Source: a virus (taxonomy: Duplodnaviria; Caudoviricetes). Taken from it: DNA of 26,244 nt. Positions within the stretch are counted from its first letter, which is position 1. Every line of letters begins with the position of its first letter. This document shows positions 16,691 through 24,389 of the stretch, in pieces. The notes below the pieces were generated by a model, which was given only the letters and a program-made list of their open reading frames with translations, ran no database searches and had not been told where the DNA came from. Both the position numbers and the translations under genes were made by a program. The stretch spans positions 1 to 26,244 of the IMG/VR virus record IMGVR_UViG_3300020045_002805. One strand, given 5' to 3'.

Positions 16691-17929
16691 TTATAAGTCG
16701 TATTCGTCTAATATCCCGTCTTCGAAATCTACAAACTCATCAGCAAACGCCGCTGAAACTTTAGACTTTCCTATCTCTTCGCGCTTGTCGCTTTCGACTA
16801 CTAGAGTCGGCGCGCCCTCTGGCTTTGTAAGAAGTGGATCCAACACCGCGGTAAATTCTTTTTTACCGAGTAGTTTTTCCAGATCTCCCAAGCCCTTAAG
16901 CTTGAAGTTCATGTATTGCGAAGCGCTAAAAAGATTTTCCTCTAAGACTTTGATTACAGCCGTTTCGCTTGTGAATTGTCGAGTGCTTCGCCCTTCTACG
17001 AGCTTATAACCTTCCCACTTCTTGCCGTTTACCGCTTCTTTTAAAACGGTCGATTTCACGTCATCGCACCATTTTTTAATAAAGTCCGCCGATTCATAGG
17101 CGTTAAGTAGCTCGGCGTCGTCTAGCATTCTAGGATCGTTTAGGATTTCAAAGTCTTGTTTCGCAATTGAGAGGCCTAACTCGTACAACGTGCGACAACG
17201 CGCTCTAGCTTTACAGAACTGGCACCAATCACCCGCTACGGCTTTTGCCTCTGGGTTTTCAGTCTCTAAGGCTTTTGGCCTTAGTACGTCTTCGCCCCAT
17301 TTGATAAGCGCATCGGCAGGAATTACCCACGTATCAATATTCGATAATCTTGGTTGAACGATTGTTAGCTTAACCACCTTTACAGCGGCCCGTTGTGCGG
17401 GCGTTAGTGTTTCCAACGCGCCTAGCGCGTAATACTTAAGATGCGGGTTATGCTTTGCTTTTACCTCTTTACCCTTCCCGAATTTCAAATCGATTACTTC
17501 TAAAAATACGTCGTGCAGTATTGCGCAATCGCTTGTACCGAAGCTTTTCTTTACATATTTTTCGAGGCTGAATTTTTGCTCTATAAAGATTTTCGCTTTT
17601 GAATCAATCCTTTTCGCCTCGGTAAATTGTTCTTTGACGTACGTCGGGTACGGCATTACCTCCTCTTGAATTTCATGATAATAAAGCGGGTGCTTTTTCA
17701 ATTCGTCAATTTGACGGCGATACTCTGGCATTGCCATAATCCGCAAGTCGACTTTTATCATCCGCTCGGCGAACTCATGAGCGAGCGTACCCTCTTCGGC
17801 GTACGAGCTTGTTTCCTCTGGATACTCCTCCTCTAATGTTGGAGAGGCGGGGCAGTTGATCCAGCGATCAGACCCCGAGGCACTCAGACGGGCGTGTGCC
17901 CGCTCCGAGTGTTTGACCTTGGTGTCCAC
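16691..17929 (-). CDS. DUF2800 / Cas4-like PD-(D/E)XK exonuclease
   Basis: HARLSAS...RWINCP, EGTLAH, FGTSD, VIDLKFGKG, WCQFCKARARC (4-Cys Fe-S pattern) and KLVEGRS. Confidence 0.9.
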   Translation of the reverse strand: MDTKVKHSERAHARLSASGSDRWINCPASPTLEEEYPEETSSYAEEGTLAHEFAERMIKVDLRIMAMPEYRRQIDELKKHPLYYHEIQEEVMPYPTYVKEQFTEAKRIDSKAKIFIEQKFSLEKYVKKSFGTSDCAILHDVFLEVIDLKFGKGKEVKAKHNPHLKYYALGALETLTPAQRAAVKVVKLTIVQPRLSNIDTWVIPADALIKWGEDVLRPKALETENPEAKAVAGDWCQFCKARARCRTLYELGLSIAKQDFEILNDPRMLDDAELLNAYESADFIKKWCDDVKSTVLKEAVNGKKWEGYKLVEGRSTRQFTSETAVIKVLEENLFSASQYMNFKLKGLGDLEKLLGKKEFTAVLDPLLTKPEGAPTLVVESDKREEIGKSKVSAAFADEFVDFEDGILDEYDL

Positions 17930-17932
17930 TGG

Positions 17933-18358
17933 CTATTTCAGACTAGTTAAGAACTGATGCATCGCTGCGTAGTGCTTCTCTGGTAAGTTCGCCCAGCCTT
18001 TAACGTTGTACTTGGCAAGCTTCGCGATAATCGCGTCTTTATGCTTGCCGATTTTCTTCGCGGACAATTCTCGGAGATCGTCCTCTGTGATGTCTGCCTC
18101 TTCGGCTTCGTCAAGTTCTTCCTCTTCGGTTTCGTCAAGTTCTTCCTCTTCTTCCTCTGGCTCAGGTTCTGGGGTCGGTTTGGCTTTGGCGCGTGAAGGT
18201 CTAGGTGTGGCAGGCTTTTTAGGTGCTGTGACCTCTTCGGCGTCTACAACTTCGATGTTCTTCACCTCTTTAACGCCTAACAGCGAGTTTGTAAGTGCGG
18301 CAACGGCTGCTACCACTGCGCTGTCTTCGCTTTCGAATTCTAATTTAATTGTGCTCAT
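17933..18358 (-). CDS. Acidic low-complexity protein typical of the gene upstream of DUF2800
   Basis: Pro/Glu-rich linker (with a 24-bp duplication near 18107-18151) and a small C-terminal helical domain LAKYNVKGWANLPEKHY. Confidence 0.75.
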   Translation of the reverse strand: MSTIKLEFESEDSAVVAAVAALTNSLLGVKEVKNIEVVDAEEVTAPKKPATPRPSRAKAKPTPEPEPEEEEEELDETEEEELDEAEEADITEDDLRELSAKKIGKHKDAIIAKLAKYNVKGWANLPEKHYAAMHQFLTSLK

Positions 18359-18367
18359 AATTTTAAT

Positions 18368-18781
18368 TTATTGATGTTTAATTATTAATTCAGTTAAAGA
18401 GGAAAGATAAACGGAAAGCTCCACACTTGGCGGGTGCTGTACCGTTTCAATGAAAGTTAACCCGTCTTTCGATATAGACGTGGTCATGGTGACAAGATCT
18501 AACTCCGCGAAGTAGTTGTATGCTCGCATCTGAATAACGCGCTTAGCTTGTCCAGACGGTACGCTCAACGACCATTCAACGTCATCAAACAGCATTCCCA
18601 CCGGAACGCCTACGATCTCGGATAACTTAACGATCTGTTCGGTGTTAAGGCTAAGACGGCCAGCTATTACAGCGGCGAGGCTTCGGTCAGGATGCTTTAA
18701 CTCTGGAAAGAGTATCACAGATAAATCCTTTTTGTTTAGTTTTGCTAAATCGATTATTTTGCCTAGTGGGATAGTTTTCAT
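18368..18781 (-). CDS. Putative Cro/XRE-type HTH transcriptional regulator
   Basis: N-terminal LNKKDLS...SLAAVIAGR..LNTEQIVKLSEIVGVPVGMLF pattern; first gene after the early promoter. Confidence 0.6.
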   Translation of the reverse strand: MKTIPLGKIIDLAKLNKKDLSVILFPELKHPDRSLAAVIAGRLSLNTEQIVKLSEIVGVPVGMLFDDVEWSLSVPSGQAKRVIQMRAYNYFAELDLVTMTTSISKDGLTFIETVQHPPSVELSVYLSSLTELIIKHQ

Positions 18782-18800
18782 TTCTCATTGTTTTGTTTAG

Positions 18801-18830
18801 CAAATATACAACTAGTTTTCAAACGTGCAA
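18801..18830 (-). promoter_or_regulatory. Bacteroidota promoter for the early/replication operon
   Basis: Minus strand TTGCA (about -33) ... TAGTTG-TATATTTG (-7 element at 18801-18808). Confidence 0.8.
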
Positions 18831-18873
18831 ATTATTTTACGATTATTTTTAATAAAAATTTATTTTTATTTTC

Positions 18874-19133
18874 TGTTTACGTGTTAATGCGTTGTATATT
18901 AATAAGTTAAGCGTTAAAAGTAAACAGAAACACAATAAACACGTTTTTCCCTATAGTATATACGGGTATTATGCGTTTTTACGTTTTTTATATACTATTA
19001 TTCTTATATATTTACTATCCTTATAATTCTGTGTATATTTATGTTTACTTTGTTTATTTACCCGTCAGGCTTTTACGGCGTTGCCTTGGTACGTCGTACA
19101 CGTTTTTAAAATTCGTGTTTATTTGTGTTTACT
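18874..19133. repeat. Element B: diverged collinear copy of element A
   Basis: Shares AAAAGTAAACA, TATTATTCTTATATATTTA and TGTTTATTTGTGTTTACT with 5041-5300 at nearly identical spacing. Confidence 0.8.
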
Positions 19134-19150
19134 GCGGAAAATTCGAGGCA

Positions 19151-19180
19151 TAAAAAAGCCCCGGCGGTTGGCGGGGGCTT
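19151..19180 (-). terminator. Rho-independent terminator after the lysis cassette
   Basis: Minus strand AAGCCCC...GGGGCTT hairpin followed by a T-run. Confidence 0.8.
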
Positions 19181-19267
19181 GGTTTTTAAAGTAGTTTTTC
19201 TTCTAGTATCGACAGATATTAGTCTGATTGCCGAATAAAAACTTTTGAATTTTGTAGAATAAAGTTT

Positions 19268-19708
19268 TCATAGTTTAGGAATTTTAAAGGTTGTTTTTAG
19301 ATAATAATATATAAACAAAAACAATGCCAGAATGAAAAACAGACCTAAAAATAAAATTGTGTTATCCGATCTGTATACTATTTTAACTTTTTCAATCGTG
19401 TATGTCGTGTGAACGCGCGTCTTTTCTTTTATGAGTAAGTACTTTTCGGAAGTCTTGTGCTTTTCGGCTTTTACGACGGCATTCTGGTACGACTTACCAC
19501 CTATAATCATAGGCTTTGAAGCGTCAGACGGCGTATAAGTGAAGGTACTTCCAAAGACTACCTTTTCACCCATTGAGTAGCTGTTATTTATGTTTATGTC
19601 GGCGGATCCACTTTCACTAGTACTTAGGTCGGCCTTTCGAGTTCCACAGCCATACACGGCGAAGAGCAACAATAGCATAACTGCAAAAGAAACTAATAAG
19701 CTTTTCAT
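19268..19708 (-). CDS. Putative unimolecular spanin-like lipoprotein
   Basis: Lipoprotein signal ending VYG|C, beta-rich middle, C-terminal TM helix; overlaps the endolysin stop. Confidence 0.65.
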   Translation of the reverse strand: MKSLLVSFAVMLLLLFAVYGCGTRKADLSTSESGSADININNSYSMGEKVVFGSTFTYTPSDASKPMIIGGKSYQNAVVKAEKHKTSEKYLLIKEKTRVHTTYTIEKVKIVYRSDNTILFLGLFFILALFLFIYYYLKTTFKIPKL

Positions 19709-20244
19709 GGTTCGCGGTGTTTAAGCTCTGCAGCAGTTAACTTTTTATCGTACCCTTTAATCCAATAATTTTTACCGTTGTAGTAGTACGCCACTAGTTT
19801 CGTATCCCATATCTGAACCGCCCTAAAAAGGCGTTTATCCGTTTCAATGAATTTCAGTCCTAACCACAACTGATTGGCCTCGGAATCCTTGGCGAAATCC
19901 CACATTTGATTTACTGACTTGAATCCTAAGCGCTTCCAGTGCTCACCCATCACCTGCATACGGCCAATAGAGGTGCTTTCCATTGCGGCGGTTGAGTTCT
20001 TAGCGTAGGCGTCGTTAAACGCTTGCCACTCCTTCGCTTGACGTTCGACTTTGTTCTGAGACCAAAGTCCAGAAATTAATCGGCTTATTCGCTTAAAATA
20101 ACTTGGCTCAAACTGGATTATTATTTTACTCGTGGCAGGGTCGAAGCCTATCCCGCTGCTCTCCACTTCGTCGATAGCTCGAACTTTCGATACCGAGATT
20201 TCGAACTCCTTGGCTAAATTCCTATATTGGTTTTCTGATATCAT
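19705..20244 (-). CDS. Endolysin, N-acetylmuramidase (DUF3380-like)
   Basis: VESSGIGF...IQFEP..F and STSIGRMQVMG...YYNG motifs. Start taken at ATG 20244 (MISENQ). Confidence 0.88.
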   Translation of the reverse strand: MISENQYRNLAKEFEISVSKVRAIDEVESSGIGFDPATSKIIIQFEPSYFKRISRLISGLWSQNKVERQAKEWQAFNDAYAKNSTAAMESTSIGRMQVMGEHWKRLGFKSVNQMWDFAKDSEANQLWLGLKFIETDKRLFRAVQIWDTKLVAYYYNGKNYWIKGYDKKLTAAELKHREP

Positions 20245-20248
20245 ATAT

Positions 20249-20542
20249 CTATTTATTTGTAAAAAGCCACAGAAAAAAGCCAATTATGGCCGTTATTAAA
20301 CCCTTCGCGACGAATTTAACGTTATCCATATTATCGTCTATTATGAGTTGTTTTGCTTCCAACTTGTCGACTTTTGCCTCTAGGGTTTCAAGGAGGTGAA
20401 TAACTCCTTTTTTACCATTTAGTTCTGTTCCGGTTAGTAGATTTCGAATGTCCTTCGTAACTTCTTTAACATCGACCATGTCGGTCTTATAGACTTTGAA
20501 ATGGTTCTCTAGGCGGTCGACTTTTTCTTCTAGTAATGGCAT
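20249..20542 (-). CDS. Coiled-coil protein with C-terminal TM helix (holin-like/lysis accessory)
   Basis: Heptad-rich N-terminus, C-terminal GLITAIIGFFLWLF, directly upstream of the endolysin. Confidence 0.6.
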   Translation of the reverse strand: MPLLEEKVDRLENHFKVYKTDMVDVKEVTKDIRNLLTGTELNGKKGVIHLLETLEAKVDKLEAKQLIIDDNMDNVKFVAKGLITAIIGFFLWLFTNK

Positions 20543-20558
20543 AGTGGTTATGTTTATT

Positions 20559-20566
20559 CAAAAATA
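20559..20566 (-). promoter_or_regulatory. Candidate -7 promoter element (TATTTTTG) for the lysis genes
   Basis: Matches TAnnTTTG, 16 nt upstream of the ATG at 20542. Confidence 0.5.
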
Positions 20567-20575
20567 CAAAAAATA

Positions 20576-20599
20576 TTCCCGCTAAATTAATAACGGGAA
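20576..20599 (-). terminator. Hairpin/terminator candidate after the small holin
   Basis: TTCCCG...CGGGAA inverted repeat followed on the minus strand by TATTTTTT. Confidence 0.5.
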
Positions 20600-20608
20600 A
20601 ATTTAATT

Positions 20609-20764
20609 TTATTTCGCGGTGCTATCTTTAGCGGCCCCTAATCCTATCGCAGTGGCAATAGTGGTAATAGCCGCCCCAACTTCCACAGTAATCCAACCCA
20701 TAGCAGTCGCAATCCCAATACCCGCTACAATTAAAGCGGCTAAATTTGTTTTCCAATTTTTCAT
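20609..20764 (-). CDS. Small two-TM holin-like protein (51 aa)
   Basis: Not in the track. MKNWKTNLAALIVAGIGIATAMGWITVEVGAAITTIATAIGLGAAKDSTAK with an ATGA overlap. The MKNWKT...AKD pattern is typical of small phage holin-like proteins. Confidence 0.75.
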   Translation of the reverse strand: MKNWKTNLAALIVAGIGIATAMGWITVEVGAAITTIATAIGLGAAKDSTAK

Positions 20765-21009
20765 AATCTATTTAGTTTTAAAGTTTCTAATGTAATTTCT
20801 TCCAAATAAGTGTTATCGTCTCCCCATTTAGAATACTGTTCTTCGGTTAATTGAACAACACCTGTTGCGAGGTCTTTGAAGTCATCGGTTAAAATTCTCC
20901 AATTTAATGCACATGTTTTGTCTTGCGTGTTTCCGATTGTGACACCTACCAATAATTGTGTGCCTTTTTGTTCTGGTATCCCTAATAGGACAGGTTGTAT
21001 TTGTATCAT
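20761..21009 (-). CDS. Small acidic protein, possible fibre-associated/chaperone protein
   Basis: 82 aa with a G...LTEEQYSKWGDDN.Y motif, directly after the fibre-like genes. Confidence 0.55.
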   Translation of the reverse strand: MIQIQPVLLGIPEQKGTQLLVGVTIGNTQDKTCALNWRILTDDFKDLATGVVQLTEEQYSKWGDDNTYLEEITLETLKLNRL

Positions 21010-21016
21010 AATTTAT

Positions 21017-21853
21017 TTAATTTTGTCTACCTAAAGATGTTTGATATGCTTGAACTATTGTGTATATTGTGGATTCTTCTGTATCCGTAAGCCCTTCACT
21101 TAATGTTGCAAAAGCGCAATTTGAACCGGCCGCTCCTGTAGCGTCATTTATAAAAAGATTTCCTGCTTGTAAAGTTCCTGCTGTCGTTCCATTAGATGCT
21201 TTCAAAACCCCATCTTTATATACCGCATGTTTAATTGGGGAAGGTAGTCTACTTGCAGAAAAATAACCTATTGAGCTAACATTAGCTACCGCCACCCTAG
21301 CGGGTCCAGCTCCAGTAGTGTCATACATATCGCTAAGCAATAAACTTGATACATTTGCGAAAAACTGCAAGGAGCCGGATTGTCTAAATAAATATGCGTT
21401 TGAAATTTCGTTTCTACAATAATACGAATATTGAAAATCATTTATAACTGAATTTGCACTCATTATAAAATTAGTAGTAATATCTGAACCGCTTAAAAAA
21501 GTAACCCCATTAGAATTATGAGTTATTGACCCTGAAAAAGTCAATCTAAATGCCGCGTTTAAATCCCTTGGGTCTTTTAAATTCCATTTATGTGAAAATG
21601 CAGTACCCCCTATAAATGGATATATAGCTTTCATTTTCAGCCATAAAGAGTTTGATTTTAAAGAAACTACCAGGGTATTTATCGCATTTTTTTGTGTTAA
21701 ATCTGTTAATCCTGCTGCGGTTATAAAAGCTTGCGCATCTGCATCATAAGCAGAAACTACTTTATGCGCAAAATTTTGTCGTGCAAATAAATTATATTGC
21801 GCATTTCCAAGTGTCGAACACGCTAGTAATAATATTAATAGATACTTTTTCAT
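21017..21853 (-). CDS. Signal-peptide-bearing beta-rich protein (fibre/lectin-like)
   Basis: MKKYLLILLLACSTLGNA|Q signal, a YDADAQAFITAAG...AIYPFIGG domain recurrent in phage genomes, and a beta-sandwich-like C-terminus. Confidence 0.7.
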   Translation of the reverse strand: MKKYLLILLLACSTLGNAQYNLFARQNFAHKVVSAYDADAQAFITAAGLTDLTQKNAINTLVVSLKSNSLWLKMKAIYPFIGGTAFSHKWNLKDPRDLNAAFRLTFSGSITHNSNGVTFLSGSDITTNFIMSANSVINDFQYSYYCRNEISNAYLFRQSGSLQFFANVSSLLLSDMYDTTGAGPARVAVANVSSIGYFSASRLPSPIKHAVYKDGVLKASNGTTAGTLQAGNLFINDATGAAGSNCAFATLSEGLTDTEESTIYTIVQAYQTSLGRQN

Positions 21854-21854
21854 G

Positions 21855-23369
21855 TTATAAACTTCCTGCTGTTAAATACTCGTTTGCAACCCCTGTATTA
21901 ACTATCGTATGGCTTAATTTTTCTGCCATTGTAATTCCTAAATTGTTTAATAAAACAACTGACCCCCCTAATGAATAAGTAAGCGTTACACCCGCTAACG
22001 TTGAAAAAGAACAGTTAAAACCACTCATTAATCCGTTTGGTAATGTTATAGTTGCACTCGCTGTTAATAGAATAATTTTGCCGTTGTCGCTGTCTGCAAG
22101 CGTTATATTTGTTGATATTTTACGAACGGTTAACGGTACGCTTAGCGTATTTGCAGTTACGGGCGCTAATAATTTTATTGAGCTTCCGTATATTTCAATT
22201 GTATCCGGTTTGGTTGGATGCGCATTTCCATAAATCCACATATACGCGGAAGAAAACCCGTTCATTACTCTAAAAGAACCAGTAAGCCCTCCGCCACTAA
22301 GGGCCGGTATTCCAGACGTATCTGTTAAATATAAGCTGCCGTTAAAACTTCCGCTACCGGATATTTTTAAATTAGCTGTTTGTGTAGTTGAATTTTGATT
22401 TTGGATATAATTTGCCGAGCCTGCTTCTGGGGCCTTGTTAACATTCAAATAATCCAACGCATTCGTTGTCGTTGTTCCCGTAACGGTACTTCGATTTAAG
22501 ACTGAGTTAGTATCAAAAGTTACCGGCACATCGTAGTAAGAATTATATAAGTTGCCGTACATGACTTGCATAACTATAGAACTCCCGCCTGTCCCGACTT
22601 TTTCGGCTGAAACGTGATATCTAAATCGTTGGCCGGCTGTAACCGATAAAGGCGCGGTTACGCTTCCAGTTATATTAATATTCGTTAGATTACCGGCAAC
22701 TAAGTTAATCAATCCACTGTCTAATATTGCTACGACTGTAACGCCCAAGCCTCCAACTGGTGCGCCCGGTATTCCAGAATTTAAAGGAGTTCCGTTCGTA
22801 TCACATAAGTACAATTCAACCGTATAACGCTGCTGTTGCGACGCGGGGTCTGTGCTTATCATAGTTGTTAATTGACCTGAGAAACTACCAGCTGGAACGG
22901 TTAAATTTAGCGGCTGTGCAATTGAAATTAAGTCTTGTGCGAAATACTGCTTAATATTATCATCATTTGTAACTCCCTGAATTGCGCTTGTTGCCGCGCC
23001 CTTGCCGGTTCCATTAGTTAGATAATAAGTCCCAGTTGATAGCGTAACGGGATCGGCTGTAAAATATATCCTATTAGTAATCCCAGCCGTTGTAGTTACG
23101 AAGTTACCTATGGCGAAGTCGATTCCTTGCAAATGTCCTTTTATGTTTGGCGCCAAAGGCACGTAATTAGATACCGGCGGCGTAACATCTATAGATATAT
23201 TTTCGCCTAGAATTTTACCTTGCACGCCGTTAACTTCGGTCGTGGTTATATGTGTTGAAGTTGTTACGGTTGGTTGCCCGCCGGTTATTTGAACACCCGC
23301 GTCAAACTCCGCCTGCCCGTAAAATACGGTGCAGCTAAAAAGAGTTAATAAAATTATTATTTTTTTCAT
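21855..23369 (-). CDS. Signal-peptide-bearing Thr/Gly-rich tail-fibre-like protein
   Basis: MKKIIILLTLFSCTVFYG|Q signal, a NYIQNQNS...ANLKISG fibre-like motif, and a C-terminal TLADSDNGKII...TITLP domain. Confidence 0.7.
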   Translation of the reverse strand: MKKIIILLTLFSCTVFYGQAEFDAGVQITGGQPTVTTSTHITTTEVNGVQGKILGENISIDVTPPVSNYVPLAPNIKGHLQGIDFAIGNFVTTTAGITNRIYFTADPVTLSTGTYYLTNGTGKGAATSAIQGVTNDDNIKQYFAQDLISIAQPLNLTVPAGSFSGQLTTMISTDPASQQQRYTVELYLCDTNGTPLNSGIPGAPVGGLGVTVVAILDSGLINLVAGNLTNINITGSVTAPLSVTAGQRFRYHVSAEKVGTGGSSIVMQVMYGNLYNSYYDVPVTFDTNSVLNRSTVTGTTTTNALDYLNVNKAPEAGSANYIQNQNSTTQTANLKISGSGSFNGSLYLTDTSGIPALSGGGLTGSFRVMNGFSSAYMWIYGNAHPTKPDTIEIYGSSIKLLAPVTANTLSVPLTVRKISTNITLADSDNGKIILLTASATITLPNGLMSGFNCSFSTLAGVTLTYSLGGSVVLLNNLGITMAEKLSHTIVNTGVANEYLTAGSL

Positions 23370-23379
23370 TTATTTAGTT

Positions 23380-23928
23380 TTAGAAAGTTATGTATATTTT
23401 TTTACCTGCTGCGAGTGTTGCCCCTGCAATGGTTATAGTCGTGCCGTCTTGGTCCCACTCCCCAGTCGGGTAATCGTCTGTAATCTTATACCTAACCCCG
23501 CGATCGATAAATAAGCTTTTAGCGAATGCGCCTATAGGTAATTCGAAGGCGTTGGTAAGTCCATCGGACACGAATAGAACGGGCTCGACTCCCCCATCAA
23601 TTAGGGTATAGTTTGCTGCATCTTGGGGATCCCCACCGTTAAACCTGGCATTTTCAAACACTCCGCTAACGGTTGAATATCGGTGCGCTATATCGCCCGC
23701 TTCGATGTTCAGCATGTCCTCGTTTCCCGCGCCTTTGAATTTCAATCCAAACACTTCATACAACGGAACTATGCTAAAGTTGGCCGCGTCTACGAGCTCG
23801 TTAAGCTTGTCTTTAATCGCGTTGGTTTCGTCGGCGGAAAGCTTATTATATAGATATATCGTAGCGCCAAGAACTCTCTCCTTAGTGCCGTCAGGCTTCG
23901 CGTCTATGAATTCGTAATGCTGAATCAT
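23380..23928 (-). CDS. Hypothetical structural protein
   Basis: 182 aa with a C-terminal beta-rich module (FVSDG..NAFELP...TTIT...LAAGKKIYI) and an ATGA overlap. Confidence 0.65.
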   Translation of the reverse strand: MIQHYEFIDAKPDGTKERVLGATIYLYNKLSADETNAIKDKLNELVDAANFSIVPLYEVFGLKFKGAGNEDMLNIEAGDIAHRYSTVSGVFENARFNGGDPQDAANYTLIDGGVEPVLFVSDGLTNAFELPIGAFAKSLFIDRGVRYKITDDYPTGEWDQDGTTITIAGATLAAGKKIYITF

Positions 23929-24383
23929 ATCTTGTCAATTTGGAAAGATGAATAAGGCCTAAATTCGTCCGCAGGGGTTTCGTCTAATAAGGTTAATACT
24001 TTTTTAGCTTCCAAAAATTGCGACGTAACCGCATCGCTAAGAGGCATTACGGTTGTATTTTTTTCAGCTTTGCTCGGGTTCGACCAATTAGGTTGATTAA
24101 TTGCTTTAAGCCCTGCGTTGGTGTGGGTGTAAACCTCACTGGCGAAATAGGCTGCAATGTTAAGCGCGACGAAAAGGCGGAAACCCATAAAAGCGTCGTT
24201 TGCCGAATCAACCACGTCGCCGCTGAATATCTTAGCGCTTAGCGAAAAGCCGAACATTTCTAAAAAGATGACGTTCTTAACGTGTTTTGTAACCGTGTCG
24301 ATCTTGCTCTGATTCAGCGAGTCAGTCACGGGGTAGAACTGTTGAATTTCGGCTAAAAGTATAGTGTCTATTGGTGTTGGCAT
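23925..24383 (-). CDS. Putative head-tail adaptor/connector
   Basis: 152-aa helical protein directly after the portal-like gene, with a TNAGL motif. Function inferred from synteny. Confidence 0.5.
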   Translation of the reverse strand: MPTPIDTILLAEIQQFYPVTDSLNQSKIDTVTKHVKNVIFLEMFGFSLSAKIFSGDVVDSANDAFMGFRLFVALNIAAYFASEVYTHTNAGLKAINQPNWSNPSKAEKNTTVMPLSDAVTSQFLEAKKVLTLLDETPADEFRPYSSFQIDKI

Positions 24384-24389
24384 GATGTC

